From Lobosporangium transversale (lineage: Eukaryota): 64,000 nt of DNA. A model generated the notes under the pieces. It did no database searches and was not told the DNA's origin. It saw only the letters and a list, made by a program, of their open reading frames with translations. The stretch is taken from the NCBI RefSeq assembly GCF_002105155.1, contig NW_019028981.1:1550001-1614000 (forward strand). The letters are read 5' to 3'. The position numbers were made by a program, and so were the translations under genes. Shown piece by piece: positions 1 through 11,600 of the stretch (the stretch's first letter is position 1; each line of letters begins with the position of its first letter).

Positions 1-1084
1 ATTATTGACGCTTCTGCTTCTGTCCTTGCTGTTGCTCTTGCTCTTGCTCTTCTCCAGTAGTCTAACAATTTATCCACAGATTCTGTTCCATGCAACTGCT
101 GAAACGTGCTCTCTGTCTGGATCTTCATCCAACAGCAGCATGGCTCCCTCATCCACCTTTCTTTCAATCATTCCTTTCTTTTTTCCTTTACTCCCTTCAT
201 CTTTTTATTTGATCTTCATCATGTATATTAGATATATGTCATTTATGTTTATATACATTTCCGCGGGTTCCTTTTCTTCGTCTTTCCAGACAGAACCATG
301 TACTAAACTACGTGCAATGCCTCCCAGTCCCGGTGTCTAGATGTTATAGGTAAACATGTACAACGAACAGGTACTATGTTACTGTGCTACACCAGACTAA
401 CACTGTACAACCCTGTGTTGGTGACGAATCAGAGCACGACAATCGAACCCAGCTCTTTTGCTCTAGATGATTCAAAACCAACTCTCTCCTTCTTTTGTCT
501 GGCGATCTATCCAAAAGTTCTGGATGAAGTCATTCTACCGAGAAAACCACCTAAAGTACAGTAGAGGAGAGTTGCGTCCTGAATGTAAAGTGTTGTAAAC
601 AAGAGTCCTTTGATGCCGTTCAGGTATAAATCCTTACTCATTCCATCCCCATCGGAATAGGAAAAAGGGTATATGGTTTAAACTTTATGGCTAACATCTG
701 GCCCAATGACAGGGCTTAAATAAACAAAGCCAATCCAATCTCAACACTATGGACAGTAAAAAAAAAAAAAAAAAAAAAAAAGGGGGAATGTAATCGACCT
801 CGTCTTCAAGGAGAGTGAAAGGGCGAAAGACAAGAGCACATTAATGGATTTATGCATCATGCCCTTTTCTTTTCTCTTCTCTCTCTTTTTTTTTTATTAC
901 CCATCTTACAGATCATCACTAAGCTGGGTACTCTAAAAGAATCATGTTTGTAGAAAGATCTATTGTATACATATATCTTTATGAAAGTACATGATCCTTG
1001 CGTTGTACATGTGCATCCATGTGCATGCACCATTTTCAATGTGAAAAAGAAAAAAAGGAACTGATCAAAATGAAAGAAGAGCTT

Positions 1085-1117
<33 letters not shown>

Positions 1118-1526
1118 AAGCAAGCACATGAGAAAAATTGTTAATTGAAAGTATAAAGGGTGCAGATCAACAGACAGAAAGATTTTTTTATACACATAAA
1201 TTGTTGTGCACGAATTGACTCCACACGTAAAATAATGGAAACAAATAAATACACACTTATCAGTCATTCCCTGATTTCAATTGTTGGGCATAAGAGGTTA
1301 CCAAATATGGTGCCATGGGTGTATTCAGTTCAGAGAGATTACCAACAGTTGCTGATATTGAGGACCAGCACTCACCATGATCCAGCAACAGGAAATATTA
1401 ATCTGACATATGAAAGAAGTGGGTTCAATCATCCAATCACAAATCAATGGTAAATACTCGGATGGACAGTCTTAATTTATTCACTCTTTTTTCTGGTCTC
1501 ATTAAACGTCTCATTACCACCTTGAG

Positions 1527-3078
1527 ATGATTCCCAAGAAACTTCCACCACTCCCACCCATTCGTGATCTAATCCGTGTCTATGGTCTCTCTGCGAATCA
1601 AAAGTTTTCTCAGAACTTTATTCTCGATAAGAATGTAACAGGTCTGTCTCGTTGAGCTGATTGTGTTTTGACGAGAAAGGATCCGATCTGCAACTAACAT
1701 ACTGCTCCTTTTTATTTTATAATACATTTTTTGTATAAATCAGATACCATTGCACGCCATGCCAAAATATCAGTGGATGATAACCTTGTAGTAGAAGTTG
1801 GTCCAGGTAAAAACTTTTTCTTTTTTTTTTATTTTTATTATTTCTTTTTTTATTTTTTTTATTATTGTTTCTTTCTTTTTGAAATTAACACTTGGAATGA
1901 AATTATTAACACGTATATTGGTAACGATCAGGTCCTGGTCTTTTGACCCGATCAATTCTAGATGCTGGTGCACAACGCGTTGTAGTTGTAGAAAAAGACC
2001 CTCGGTTTTTACCTGCATTACAGGTAATAAGAACATTTTTCTCATTCTTTTTTTTTCTTAAATGATCAGTTCAGTCCCACCTTTCTTTGTTTTTCCTAAC
2101 CAGAATAGATTATGATAGCAACTAACCATTGGGGTCGATAGCAACTATCGGAAGCATCAGAGCATCGATTGAGTATAATCCATGGCGACATGCTTAGGCT
2201 TGACCACTCTTTGATCCTACAAGCTGCCCTTCCAATGCCCTCGCCTTTAGTACCTACTGCTACTACTATTACTACTACCCCTACTTTTTTGCCTACACCG
2301 CCATCATCTCCAACAATTTCGTCCATCACCCAACTATTCTCGGACCCCAAAAGTATTTCACCTTCAGATGAAAACACGCTCTTTGAGAAGCCTGCGGATG
2401 AATCGAACGAGACGATCCGTCTCCTCGGTAACCTGCCATTTGGTGTAGCGTCCCCATTATTGGTCCAATGGTTAAAGATGATGGCGCTTCAGGAAGGGAT
2501 CTTTCGGACCAACAATAAGGTGTCCATGACACTCATGTTTCAGAAGGAGGTTGCTGAGGGTATTGCCGCACCACCAAGTCATCCTCAAAGAAGTCGGCTT
2601 TCGATTTTGGCTCAATCACTCTGTGATGTCAAGAAGGTTTATAAACTCTCTGCAAGTAGTTTTGTCCCAAAGCCAAAAGTGGATGCAGCTGTAGTGCATT
2701 TTGAGAAGAAGCAGGACCCGTTAATGCCAGGTAATAAAAAAAAAAAAAAAAAAAAAAAAGCGCCACCAGTTTTTATTTGAGCATAATTATTTATTCACTA
2801 GTGATTAAATTATTAATATTATCATTATTAATATCATAGGTTCTTTAGACAAGCTGGAAGATGTGGCGCGGTTTTATTTCAATAAGAGAAGAAAAACTAT
2901 TGGAAATATCACGAAACGATTGGTTAGGCTTGCACCTGAAGTCCAGCCAGTGGTGGAGGAGTGGATCGCAGGAGGCAAATGGGATATGAATATGCGGGTG
3001 GAAGATGTTACAACGGAGCAGTTTTGTGATTTAGCTAGGAGATTAGACCGAGCGCAACTTAAGATCCCTTTGACCTGA
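1527..3078 (+). CDS. TFB1M: Mitochondrial dimethyladenosine transferase / transcription factor B (KsgA/Dim1 family), 5 exons
   Basis: Exons approx. 1527-1641, 1744-1806, 1932-2023, 2142-2730, 2840-3078 with GT-AG introns; translates to LPPLPPIRDLIRVYGLSANQKFSQNFILD, VVEVGPGPG (SAM motif), LGNLPFGVASPLL, LMFQKEVA, FVPKPKVDAAVV. Confidence 0.9.
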
Positions 3079-3372
3079 GGTCCACAACAGTTAATAACTT
3101 GAAAAACATGGATCTGTTTTCAGATGATAAAATACTATACATTTATTGTTAACTGGATTCTTCGATAGCTTATTCAAGAAACAAATTTTTGCTCTTGGTC
3201 TAGTATGGTTGCTGTGACAATAACATTTCTTTGAAATAATCTGGTCTGCTGATCAATGATCCTTGTTTTCTAACCTCACATGCTTCCCATTATTCAAATT
3301 AAGTGTCCAATTCTACTGAAAGACATTCAAGGTCGACATTCTATGCATGCTCCTGTATTTTGTTTTGTCTTT

Positions 3373-4002
3373 TTAAAATCCAGCAGGAGCAGTACGAGGG
3401 ACAGGAACCTTGGTAAAATGAGGGACTTTGTGAACGGACTTGCGATAGCCCTTGAAGTTCCTGGTAAAAACAGTGTATTTGTCTTTAGGAGGCATTTGTG
3501 CTTCAGTAGGTTCAGCCTGAAGCTTAGTCTAAAGAATAAAAAGAATAAAAAGTACAAAAAACGAATCAAGGAATATAGTTCAGTAAGTGAATCCAAATGA
3601 ATAATTTGAAGAGTAATAAAATTGTTCAACATCCCTCTGTTCCACGGAAACGATAGTAGTAAAAAAAAAAAAAAGTGGACAATATATTTTTACCAAGGCA
3701 TTGCACTGGACTCCCGACTCTTGAATCTTCATGACAACATCGTCGGCAGCTTTGAGGCGCTTACGGATGTTAGCCTTCTGTGTAGGGCTAAGGTTCATCT
3801 TCATGCGTGCTTTCCTATGAAAAACAAGGTTGATGAGGGTGTCCGTGTCAGCAAAAGAAGAAGAGGTTGTGCATTGTTGACATATTAAAGAGTATTGAAT
3901 GCAGTAGTCTAGGGCTTCCGTTGACAAATGGAGAGGCCATGTGCCCTCATACCATAGAAGACCGCCCTGACTAATACTTGATGCTCTGAATGCTCCAAAC
4001 AT
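3373..4002 (-). CDS. MRPL31: Mitochondrial large-subunit ribosomal protein L31 (mL60), 3 exons
   Basis: MFGAFRASSISQGGLLW / LSPTQKANIRKRLKAADDVV / MPPKDKYTVFTRNFKGYRKSVHKVPHFTKV..PAGF*, matching the fungal MrpL31 pattern. Confidence 0.88.
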
Positions 4003-4134
4003 AGTTGATGTTAATTTATCGCAAGAGAGAGAGCAACTAGTAAGTAGAAACTGATGACCTTTATCCGGGAGGTTTGTTTTTGATTTGGTGACCAAGGCTA
4101 ATAGAAAGTCAAGCCACAAATGAGAAAGAACGCG

Positions 4135-4404
4135 ATATTTTGATTCCAGCACGTGCTGGAAGAAAACGGACACACGAACAGCAAGCACACAACGCGAACC
4201 TGACGGACCTGATCTTTTTGTCCTTGTTGCCCTGCCGTAAAAAAAAAAAATATTCACCATCATCTACGCGCATAACAGGTTTCTTCTCTTCCCAGTGCCA
4301 TTTCCATTTCCATTTCCATTCTCAGGGAACCTTCTGCATCACCTCTAAAGACACACTTAGTGCCATGAACAGTTGAGAGATTAACTGATTTTGTCTCGAA
4401 AAGT
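4135..4404. repeat. Left arm of a 270-bp inverted repeat
   Basis: Reverse complement of 7207-7429 plus 13814-13860 (one mismatch seen); contains the perfect palindrome TTCCAGCACGTGCTGGAA. Confidence 0.93.
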
Positions 4405-4488
4405 TTCACAATGTATAGTCTTAAGCCTATAAAAGGCTTGTAATAATAATTTAATATAAATCACCTTTTGTCTTCACTACCTATTACA
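4404..4488 (+). repeat. 85-bp LTR (family A), 5' LTR of the decayed Gypsy
   Basis: Homologous to 58208-58292 and to the reverse complement of 5473-5558; ends TATTACA and is followed by PBS-like TGTTGGCAAAG. Confidence 0.8.
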
Positions 4489-5398
4489 TGTTGGCAAAGC
4501 TTCCTTGATCCCCGACCTCTACCTCTCTACCCCTCTACCCCTCTACCCCTGCCTCTTGCCCTGTTCCACCCTGCTTTCCCTCGATCAACTATCTGCCCTT
4601 CTGTCCACCATGACTCTTACCTCTGAAACCCCTGCTTCCTCCTCCTCATTCAAATACCCACAACCTGAAAAGTTTGATGGCAAGCGCGATGATTTTTCGG
4701 CTACCACCTGGTTGCGCTCCATGCACCGGTTCTTTGTGGGCGCATCTGTGCCTGACGCGGCTCGGACCGTTGTAGCTATTGCCTTCCTCGGTCCTGCCGC
4801 CCGATGGTTCAATGGTTCGGGCATCGCTGATGATGCCACATTTGACACTTTTGAGGCAGGTTTCCGCACGGCGTTCATCCCGAACGACTTCTCTCAGCTC
4901 ATCCGGTACCGTCTCTCATCCCTGACAATGGCCTCCACGGTCGTTGATTACGTCGCTGAAGTGCACGAGCTCCTAACTGCCCTACTAGCCGACGAAGCTT
5001 CAGCCGGGGATCGCAAGGCCATTGAAGATTTTGCATTTATTTGCTTCGTACAAGGTTGCCCTCCAGCCTTGAACCATTTCTTGCGTGCCCTCCAGGTGAC
5101 TCAAACACCCACCTTATATCAGCTTTTCGAGGCAGCTGAGCAATACGACAGGGTCTATAGCTTCCAACCCGACAACAATACCTCGACTCGCCAAACCCCG
5201 AGCACTCAGGCATCTGTGGTCGCGGCTCAACTTCAGACCGCTCGAGATCCAATGGCGATGGAGTTGGATAACCTCCGAGTGGAGCTTAATGCCTTACGGA
5301 AGTAATCCCAAGGCCGAGGCTCTCTAGCCCCTCTCACTCCCGCCGAAAGGTCTGAACTGGTTCGACGAGGCGCATGTTTCAAGTGCCGTCAAGATGGT

Positions 5399-5472
5399 TA
5401 CAAGCGAAATTACTATTATGATATTGTATGACACAGCATTTCGCCCAATTTTCTAGAGCATTCCTTGCAGCA
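5399..5472. repeat. About 74-bp dispersed repeat, also at 6209-6282; possibly the end of a third LTR family
   Basis: CAAGCGAAATTACTA..TTCCTTGCAGCA occurs at both breakpoints of the decayed Gypsy. Confidence 0.7.
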
Positions 5473-5558
5473 TGTAATAGTTAAGAGAGACAAAAGCTGA
5501 TTTTATTGTAATAGTTAAAGCAAGCCTTTTTATAGGCTTAAGGCTATACACTGTCACA
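5473..5558 (-). repeat. Inverted LTR copy (family A)
   Basis: TG...CA termini, 86 bp, homologous to 4404-4488; flanks do not form a TSD. Confidence 0.8.
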
Positions 5559-6472
5559 CCAAGGTACTCCTGTCTTATGGTCTTGCGCTGGTATCGACAG
5601 GAAGTTTAGACAGGGATCCTCCGTCATATCTGCCCTTAACTTCCTCACCGTCGCCTCGGAACTCGATGCTTCTATATTCCGCGCTCAAGTTCGAGTCCCA
5701 GTACCTGTGTCTAGCAATAGTTCTGAACTATCGGACCCTATCAAACAAATTGTTCAAGTCGAATTTCCTGATGTCTTTCCTACGGCGCTTCCCGATGGCC
5801 TTCCCCCTGACGGAGGTGATAGCATGCGTATAGAGACTGACCCTTATGCTGATCTGTTTGTCCGGCCTGTCATTAGATTGTCGATCGCTGAGCTTGATGA
5901 ACTGAAGAAGCAGCTAACTGATCTTTTACAAAAAGGATTCATCTCACCGAGTACCTCGCCATACGGTGCTCCAGTCCTCTTTGTGAAGAAAAAGGATGGG
6001 CCGCTTCGAATGTGTATTGATTATCGAGGCTTGAACAAGATCACAAAGAAAAACAGGTACCCCCTACCACGGATTGATGAATTGATCGACAGATTTAGAA
6101 CAGCTAAATGTTTTACCAAGTTAGATCTACTCTTGGGCTATCATCAGATGCGTGTCCATCCCGCTGATAAACACAGGACCGCTTTCCGAACCCGCTATGG
6201 TCACTACGTGCAAGCGAAATTACTACTATGATTTTGTACGACACAGTATTTCGCCCAAATTTCTAGAGCATTCCTTGCAGCAGGACGCTAGCAATGTAGA
6301 TTCAGGAATAGTTTTATTGCAGACTGAAGTTTATTATGTTACAAGTCTGCGATATTTATACTTGTTGGAGACGCGTTCCAAGAACTCTAAATAAAGCACT
6401 AAAAAACAAGGCTGATTTTGTCACGTGAAATCAAAAGTTACACGCGACGCGTCTATCTCGCCCGTGAATGAG

Positions 6473-6613
6473 TGTTGCAATTAGCAGCCATTTATATAAG
6501 TTTTTTACCATTGCCAAGATTTTTACCCCCTTTTATTTAACGAAGATCCCTGGATCATAATAAAGACATCTTTCTTTCGTTCTCGTTACTTATTATGATC
6601 CAGACATATTTCA
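6473..6613. mobile_element. Solo LTR (family B, 141 bp); truncated second copy at about 6641-6745
   Basis: TG...CA termini, 5-bp TSD ATGAG, homologous to the reverse complement of 58426-58564; internal hairpin GGATCATAATAA/TTATTATGATCC. Confidence 0.85.
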
Positions 6614-7206
6614 ATGAGTAATCTGTGAATGAGTAGCCCATGTTGCGAGTAGCAGTCATTTATATGGGTTTTTACAATAGCTAGGATTTTTACCCTTTTT
6701 ATTTAACGAAGATCCCTGGATCAGCATAAAGATATCTTTCTTTCCTTTGCCTGCTACTATTTCTCTGATTGCCCGTAATCATAACACCATTAACTCTTCA
6801 ACTATCACTTTATCCCAGTATGTCTTGACCCTTGTCTTTGTCTTGCTCTTTTCGTAATCGTTTTATTTCCAATTTAATCAATTTCTTTATCTTAAATTCC
6901 TGTTCTTTCAAATAGCATCCAATAAGCCGTAGCATCCAATGAGTCGAAGCATCCAGGGAATATAGGTTTCAGTATTGCTAATTCAGGGCAAGGCCTCTTT
7001 CACTAAACCCAAATAGTGGCAAGAGAAGAATTTAGTGCAGTCTTGGCATCAGTGTTGCTTATTATCGCAGCCGATGATTATTCATCTTTAAGATCTTTAA
7101 GATATAGAGATATAGAAGCTTGATTATGGAAGTAAAAGTTGGCCTTGACTATACAGACGGTATTAGTAATGAAGAGAATGCAGAGATGCAATTAAAGTAC
7201 ATGGTC

Positions 7207-7429
7207 ACTTTTCGAGGCAAAATCAGTTAATCTCTCAACTGTTCATGGCACTAAGTGTGTCTTTAGAGGTGATGCAGAAGGTTCCCTGAGAATGGAAATG
7301 GAAATGGAAATGGCACTGGGAAGAGAAGAAACCTGTTATGCGCGTAGATGATGGTGAATATTTTTTTTTTTTACGGCAGGGCAACAAGGACAAAAAGATC
7401 AGGTCCGTCAGGTTCGCGTTGTGTGCTTG
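7207..7429. repeat. Right arm of the inverted repeat, proximal part (interrupted by the chromovirus)
   Basis: Reverse complement of 4182-4404; continues at 13814-13860 after the retrotransposon. Confidence 0.93.
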
Positions 7430-7642
7430 TGTAAATAGTAACAATCAAAGGTGATCTTAGGTGGAATCGAAGGTCAAAGGATACTTTATTTGGCTATAAC
7501 GTAGTGGACTATTTATACTGATAATTAATAGGGTTGGGGCTTGGTGTCTTGGCACTTGGGCTTGGCGTCTTGGCGCCTGGGGTGCGCGTGATAGTTGAGC
7601 CCTCCTCAAAGGTTTGAGTCAGTATTGTATAACACGTTTGCA
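7430..7642 (-). repeat. 3' LTR of the chromovirus; PPT (GACGGGAAGGA) at 7643-7653
   Basis: Identical by eye to 13596-13808; TATAAATA and AATAAA on the element strand. Confidence 0.95.
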
Positions 7643-7932
7643 TCCTTCCCGTCAAAAATGAAGGAGATCATAAATCGAAGAAGAAAAGAGAAAAAAAAAT
7701 TGATGGAAATAAAGAAAACGAAGAGAAGAGAGGAGAAATAAATAAAATAATAAATAAAATAAAAAAAAAATTGATGTGGTGATGTCTGATTGGTTAAAAT
7801 TACTGGTCATGCGGTTCATGCAGATCATGTGGATGAGGATGGGTGAATGAGTGGCGATGGAGTTGGTGAGTTCGTGTTGCATTCTTTCCTCATTCCTCTT
7901 TGCTTATTTCAAAAAAAAGGAAAAAAGTCTCC

Positions 7933-8580
7933 ATGATGTCTTCACGCAAGGCTTCTCATCCAATGCCACCGCGTAAAGGTCGTGCTCCTTCTGGTGGCGT
8001 GTTTTCTGAAGTTGTATTGACACAGCGGTCGGCGGTACCAAGCTCCCAGGGTTCTTCAGATGACCCTGACGCCACACAGCCTTATTCTGTGCCTCAGGAG
8101 GAAGAGCTAGATACGAGGTTGGAATTGTCTCCACGTCTTTCACCTGTAATCTTGGGGCGGATGCTACCGAAGGAGGAGTATCCTGAGGTGGGCGATTCGC
8201 CAACTGTGAGGGAAGCCAGAGATCATGTGGAGTCGAGTACTTCAGCGACGTCGGGAGTGGAGGGGGCTGGGATCCGTTTGGCTTCTGTAAGTTCGACGAG
8301 TGACAATGCACAGTGGGAAGCTGTTGATGGAGAGGATGGTCCTGAGGAGCCGGAGAGGCGACGGAAGAGGAGTCGTCATGAGGGACCGAGACTGTCGATG
8401 ATAAGAGAGTGTTCTTCGCTGATAGCGTTTGAGTTTCGTGCATTGCAGACCCAGGATGTGAGTGTAGAAGAGCGAGCACGGGAACGTCGTCGATTGATGG
8501 AGGAAATGGCGGTTGTTACCATGCTGGAGTGGGCAGAGAAGGGAGGTAAAAGGAAGAGAGGAAGAGAGGAAAGGAGATAG
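7933..8580 (+). CDS. Antisense accessory ORF (215 aa) inside the chromovirus 3' region, function unknown
   Basis: ATG-to-TAG open frame between the pol stop and the PPT, opposite to gag-pol; basic NLS-like clusters RRRKRSR and KRKRGR. Confidence 0.55.
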   Translation: MMSSRKASHPMPPRKGRAPSGGVFSEVVLTQRSAVPSSQGSSDDPDATQPYSVPQEEELDTRLELSPRLSPVILGRMLPKEEYPEVGDSPTVREARDHVESSTSATSGVEGAGIRLASVSSTSDNAQWEAVDGEDGPEEPERRRKRSRHEGPRLSMIRECSSLIAFEFRALQTQDVSVEERARERRRLMEEMAVVTMLEWAEKGGKRKRGREERR

Positions 8581-8660
8581 TAAAAGAAGAAAGGAAGAGA
8601 GAAGAGAAAAAAAAAGAAGAAAAATAAAGAAAAAAGAAACAGAGAAAAATAATTTTGGTG

Positions 8661-11600
8661 TTACTGTTGCATTTTTTGAAATTCCTCCAGTGCTTCTTTT
8701 GCATTAACTAGTGAGGATCTCCGTTCCCATGTTGCTTCTTCGTCAGGATATCCCTTCCATTTCACGAGCCACTTGGGGGTTCTGCCAAATAGTTTGTAAT
8801 CCAGAATCTTTTCCACTTCATATTCTTCTTCGCCATCGACTAAATCTGGTGGGGGTCTGGCAGGTGCTCGTTCGCCGAAATTCTCCGGGGATTCGTGATA
8901 ATGTCGTAATAAATCTGTATTGAAGACAGGGTGTTGTTTCATGTTCGGAGGTAGCTCGAGCTTGTACGCGTTGTCGTTGATCTTCTCTATGATTTTGAAT
9001 GGTCCAATGAATTTTGGTTCTAACTTTTTGGAGGGTCGGTTTGCGTGAGCTGCGACAGTGATATGCTCCGTACTCAGTAAGACACTATCGCCTACAGTGA
9101 ACCTGGCGGGTGATCGTGCTTTATCTGCTTGGCGTTTTTGGATGTCCTGAGCTGTCGCTATTGCGTCTTGTGCTTGCGCCAACGCAGAGGCTTGAGTGGA
9201 AAATGAAGGTAGAGATAGCCGGTACATCTGTTGTTGGTGGTTTCAAGAGGGATGATGGGACAATGGGATGATGACCGTGGTTTAGGAAAAAGGGGGAAAA
9301 CCCTGTGGAGGGGTTGACGGAGTTGTTGTATGCAAATTCCATCATTGGTAAGAGCAAGTCCCAGTCATTCTGTTTGTACGAGACATAAGATCGTAGCATT
9401 TCCTCCAGGGTCCTGTTGGCTCGCTCCGTCTGTCCGTCTGTCTGAGGATGGAATGCTGTAGACATATGGAGTTTAGTTCCCATGAGCTTCATCAATGTGG
9501 TCCAGAAGTGTCCCGTGAATCTTGAGTCTCTGTCCGATACAATAGCTCGTGGCATGCCATGGAGTCGGAAGACATTATTGAAGAAGAGTCGTGCGATATC
9601 TGAAGCAGTGTCCGTTGTATGGCTAGGGCAGAAGTGGACTTGTTTGGATAACTTGTCTACGAATACAGTTATGGCATTGAACCCTCGGTTCGTCTTGGGT
9701 AAAGGGCCAATGAAGTCCATGGTGACAGTTTCCCATCGTTCAAGAGGTATATCGAGAGGTTTGAATAATCCGGCAGGATGATGAAGCAGTGGTTTATTTC
9801 GTTGGCACTGTTCGCATGATGCAATGTAAGTCTTGGTGTCTCGGGCCATTCGTGGCCAAAAGAAAGTCCTTCGCATGGTTTCATATGTTTTCTCGAAGCC
9901 GAGGTGGCCAGCAATGGGAGAATCATGTGCATCATGAAGTAGGAGAGCGCGAATGTTAGGATCATTCGGGATACATAAACGTGTCTGTCCAGCGATGTTA
10001 ATCCACAATAGGTCATCAGCAACAAAATAACGATCAGAGGGACTTGCCTCGCGGCAGCTTTCGTAAAGTGATCCTAACTTAAGGTCATATGGGTAACACT
10101 TTATCAGGCGCTGCCGTAAGCCTGGGTCCAAACTTATTTCTATGGAGTTAATCTGCTCACTGGCGGGATCCTGCGCCTTGTGGTCAGGCCTCCTTGAGAG
10201 AGCGTCGGGGACGATGTTGTCTTTGCCTGGTTTGTACTTGAAGTTGAAGTCGTATTCTTGTAGGAGTTCCATCCATCTGGCCTGTCTCCGAGTCAGGTTT
10301 GGCTGGGTTGGAAAATGCTGCAATGTGGCATGGTCAGTATAGACAATAAAATGAGATCCATCCAAATAGTATCGCCATGTTCTTAAGGCGTGGACGACAG
10401 CTAGTAATTCTTGCTCATGGGTTGGGTAGTTTCGTTCTGCAGAGCTCAACTTTCGTGATGTAAAGGCAACAGGGCGCGATTCGCCCTTGTGATCTGTTTG
10501 GAACAAGACTGCACCAATGGCGAAACCTGATGCATCAGTTTCGACGGAAGTTGCTAGGGCAGGGTCAAAAATTCTGAGTACGGGTGCCATGGTGACTGCC
10601 TGCTTCAGTCTTTCAAAGGCCTCTTGGTGAGGCTTGCTCCAGTAGAATGTTGTAGTTGAGCCTAACAGATCAGTAAGGGGAAGCGCGATATCAGCATAGT
10701 GGTCGATGTATTGATGATAGAAGTTTGTTAATCCAAGGAACTGCATGACGTGGCGCTGTGTTGTGGGTGTTGGCCATTCTCTAACTGCCTTAACCAGTGC
10801 TCCGTTTGTTTTGAGTCCATCTTTGGATATAACATGGCCTAGGAACTCTGTCTCCTCTTGCATAAATGAACACTTGGAAAGCTTGCAAAAGAGGCCTGCC
10901 TTGCGTAGGAGCCTAAGAACGTTTCTGATGTCTTGTAGATGTTGCTCTTTGTTATCAGAATAAATCAGTATATCATCTAGGTAAAACTACGGTGCATTTA
11001 TCCAGCACAGGATCCAACACGTTGCGCATCATGGCTGAAAAGGCGGCAGGTGCGTTGGTGAGTCCGAAAGGGACGACGTTAAACTCATAGTGACCGTAGC
11101 GTGTTCGAAAATGCCGTTTTATGTCGGTCGTCTGGATGAACGCGCATTTGATGATATCCGGATAGTAAGTCGAGCTTTGTAAAAAATCGTGCTGTCCTGA
11201 AACGATCTATTAGCTCGTCGATTCTTGGTAGTGGATGGCGATTCTTACGGGTTATTTTGTTTTAATCCTCTGTAGTCTACACACATCCTCAGTCCGCCAT
11301 CCTTCTTTTTAACGAATAAAACTGGTGCTCCGTAGGGTGATGTACTTGGAGAGATGAAGCCTTTGCGCAGTAGTTCTGTGAGTTGTGTTTTTAGTTCGTC
11401 TAATTCAGCAATTGATAAGCGAATGACTGGTCTTACAGGTGGATCGGTATTATTTTCAGTCTCGATTCGCATGCTATCGCCACGATCCTGAGGGAGTCCG
11501 TCCGGTAGTGTGTCAGGAAAGAGGTCTGGAAATTCTACTTGGACAATTTGTTGAATCGATTCGGGTAGTGTTGAGTCTAGGTTTGTTGGTGGTGAAGTGG

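Larger units (their letters stand above)
4404..6208 (+). mobile_element. Decayed, rearranged Ty3/Gypsy LTR retrotransposon
   Basis: 85-bp LTR at 4404-4488, degenerate PBS, gag from 4610 with in-frame stop at 5303-5305 and truncated zinc knuckle (ACFKCRQDG), N-terminal RT fragment at about 5700-6208 ([35 protein letters not shown]). Confidence 0.88.

Noticed and set aside
5..1453. Short ORFs at the window start
   Set aside because: Low-complexity or non-ATG frames with no recognisable motif.
7904..8479. Sense-strand 191-aa ORF as an env-like gene
   Set aside because: No signal or TM segments and non-ATG start; more likely the shadow of the antisense ORF.
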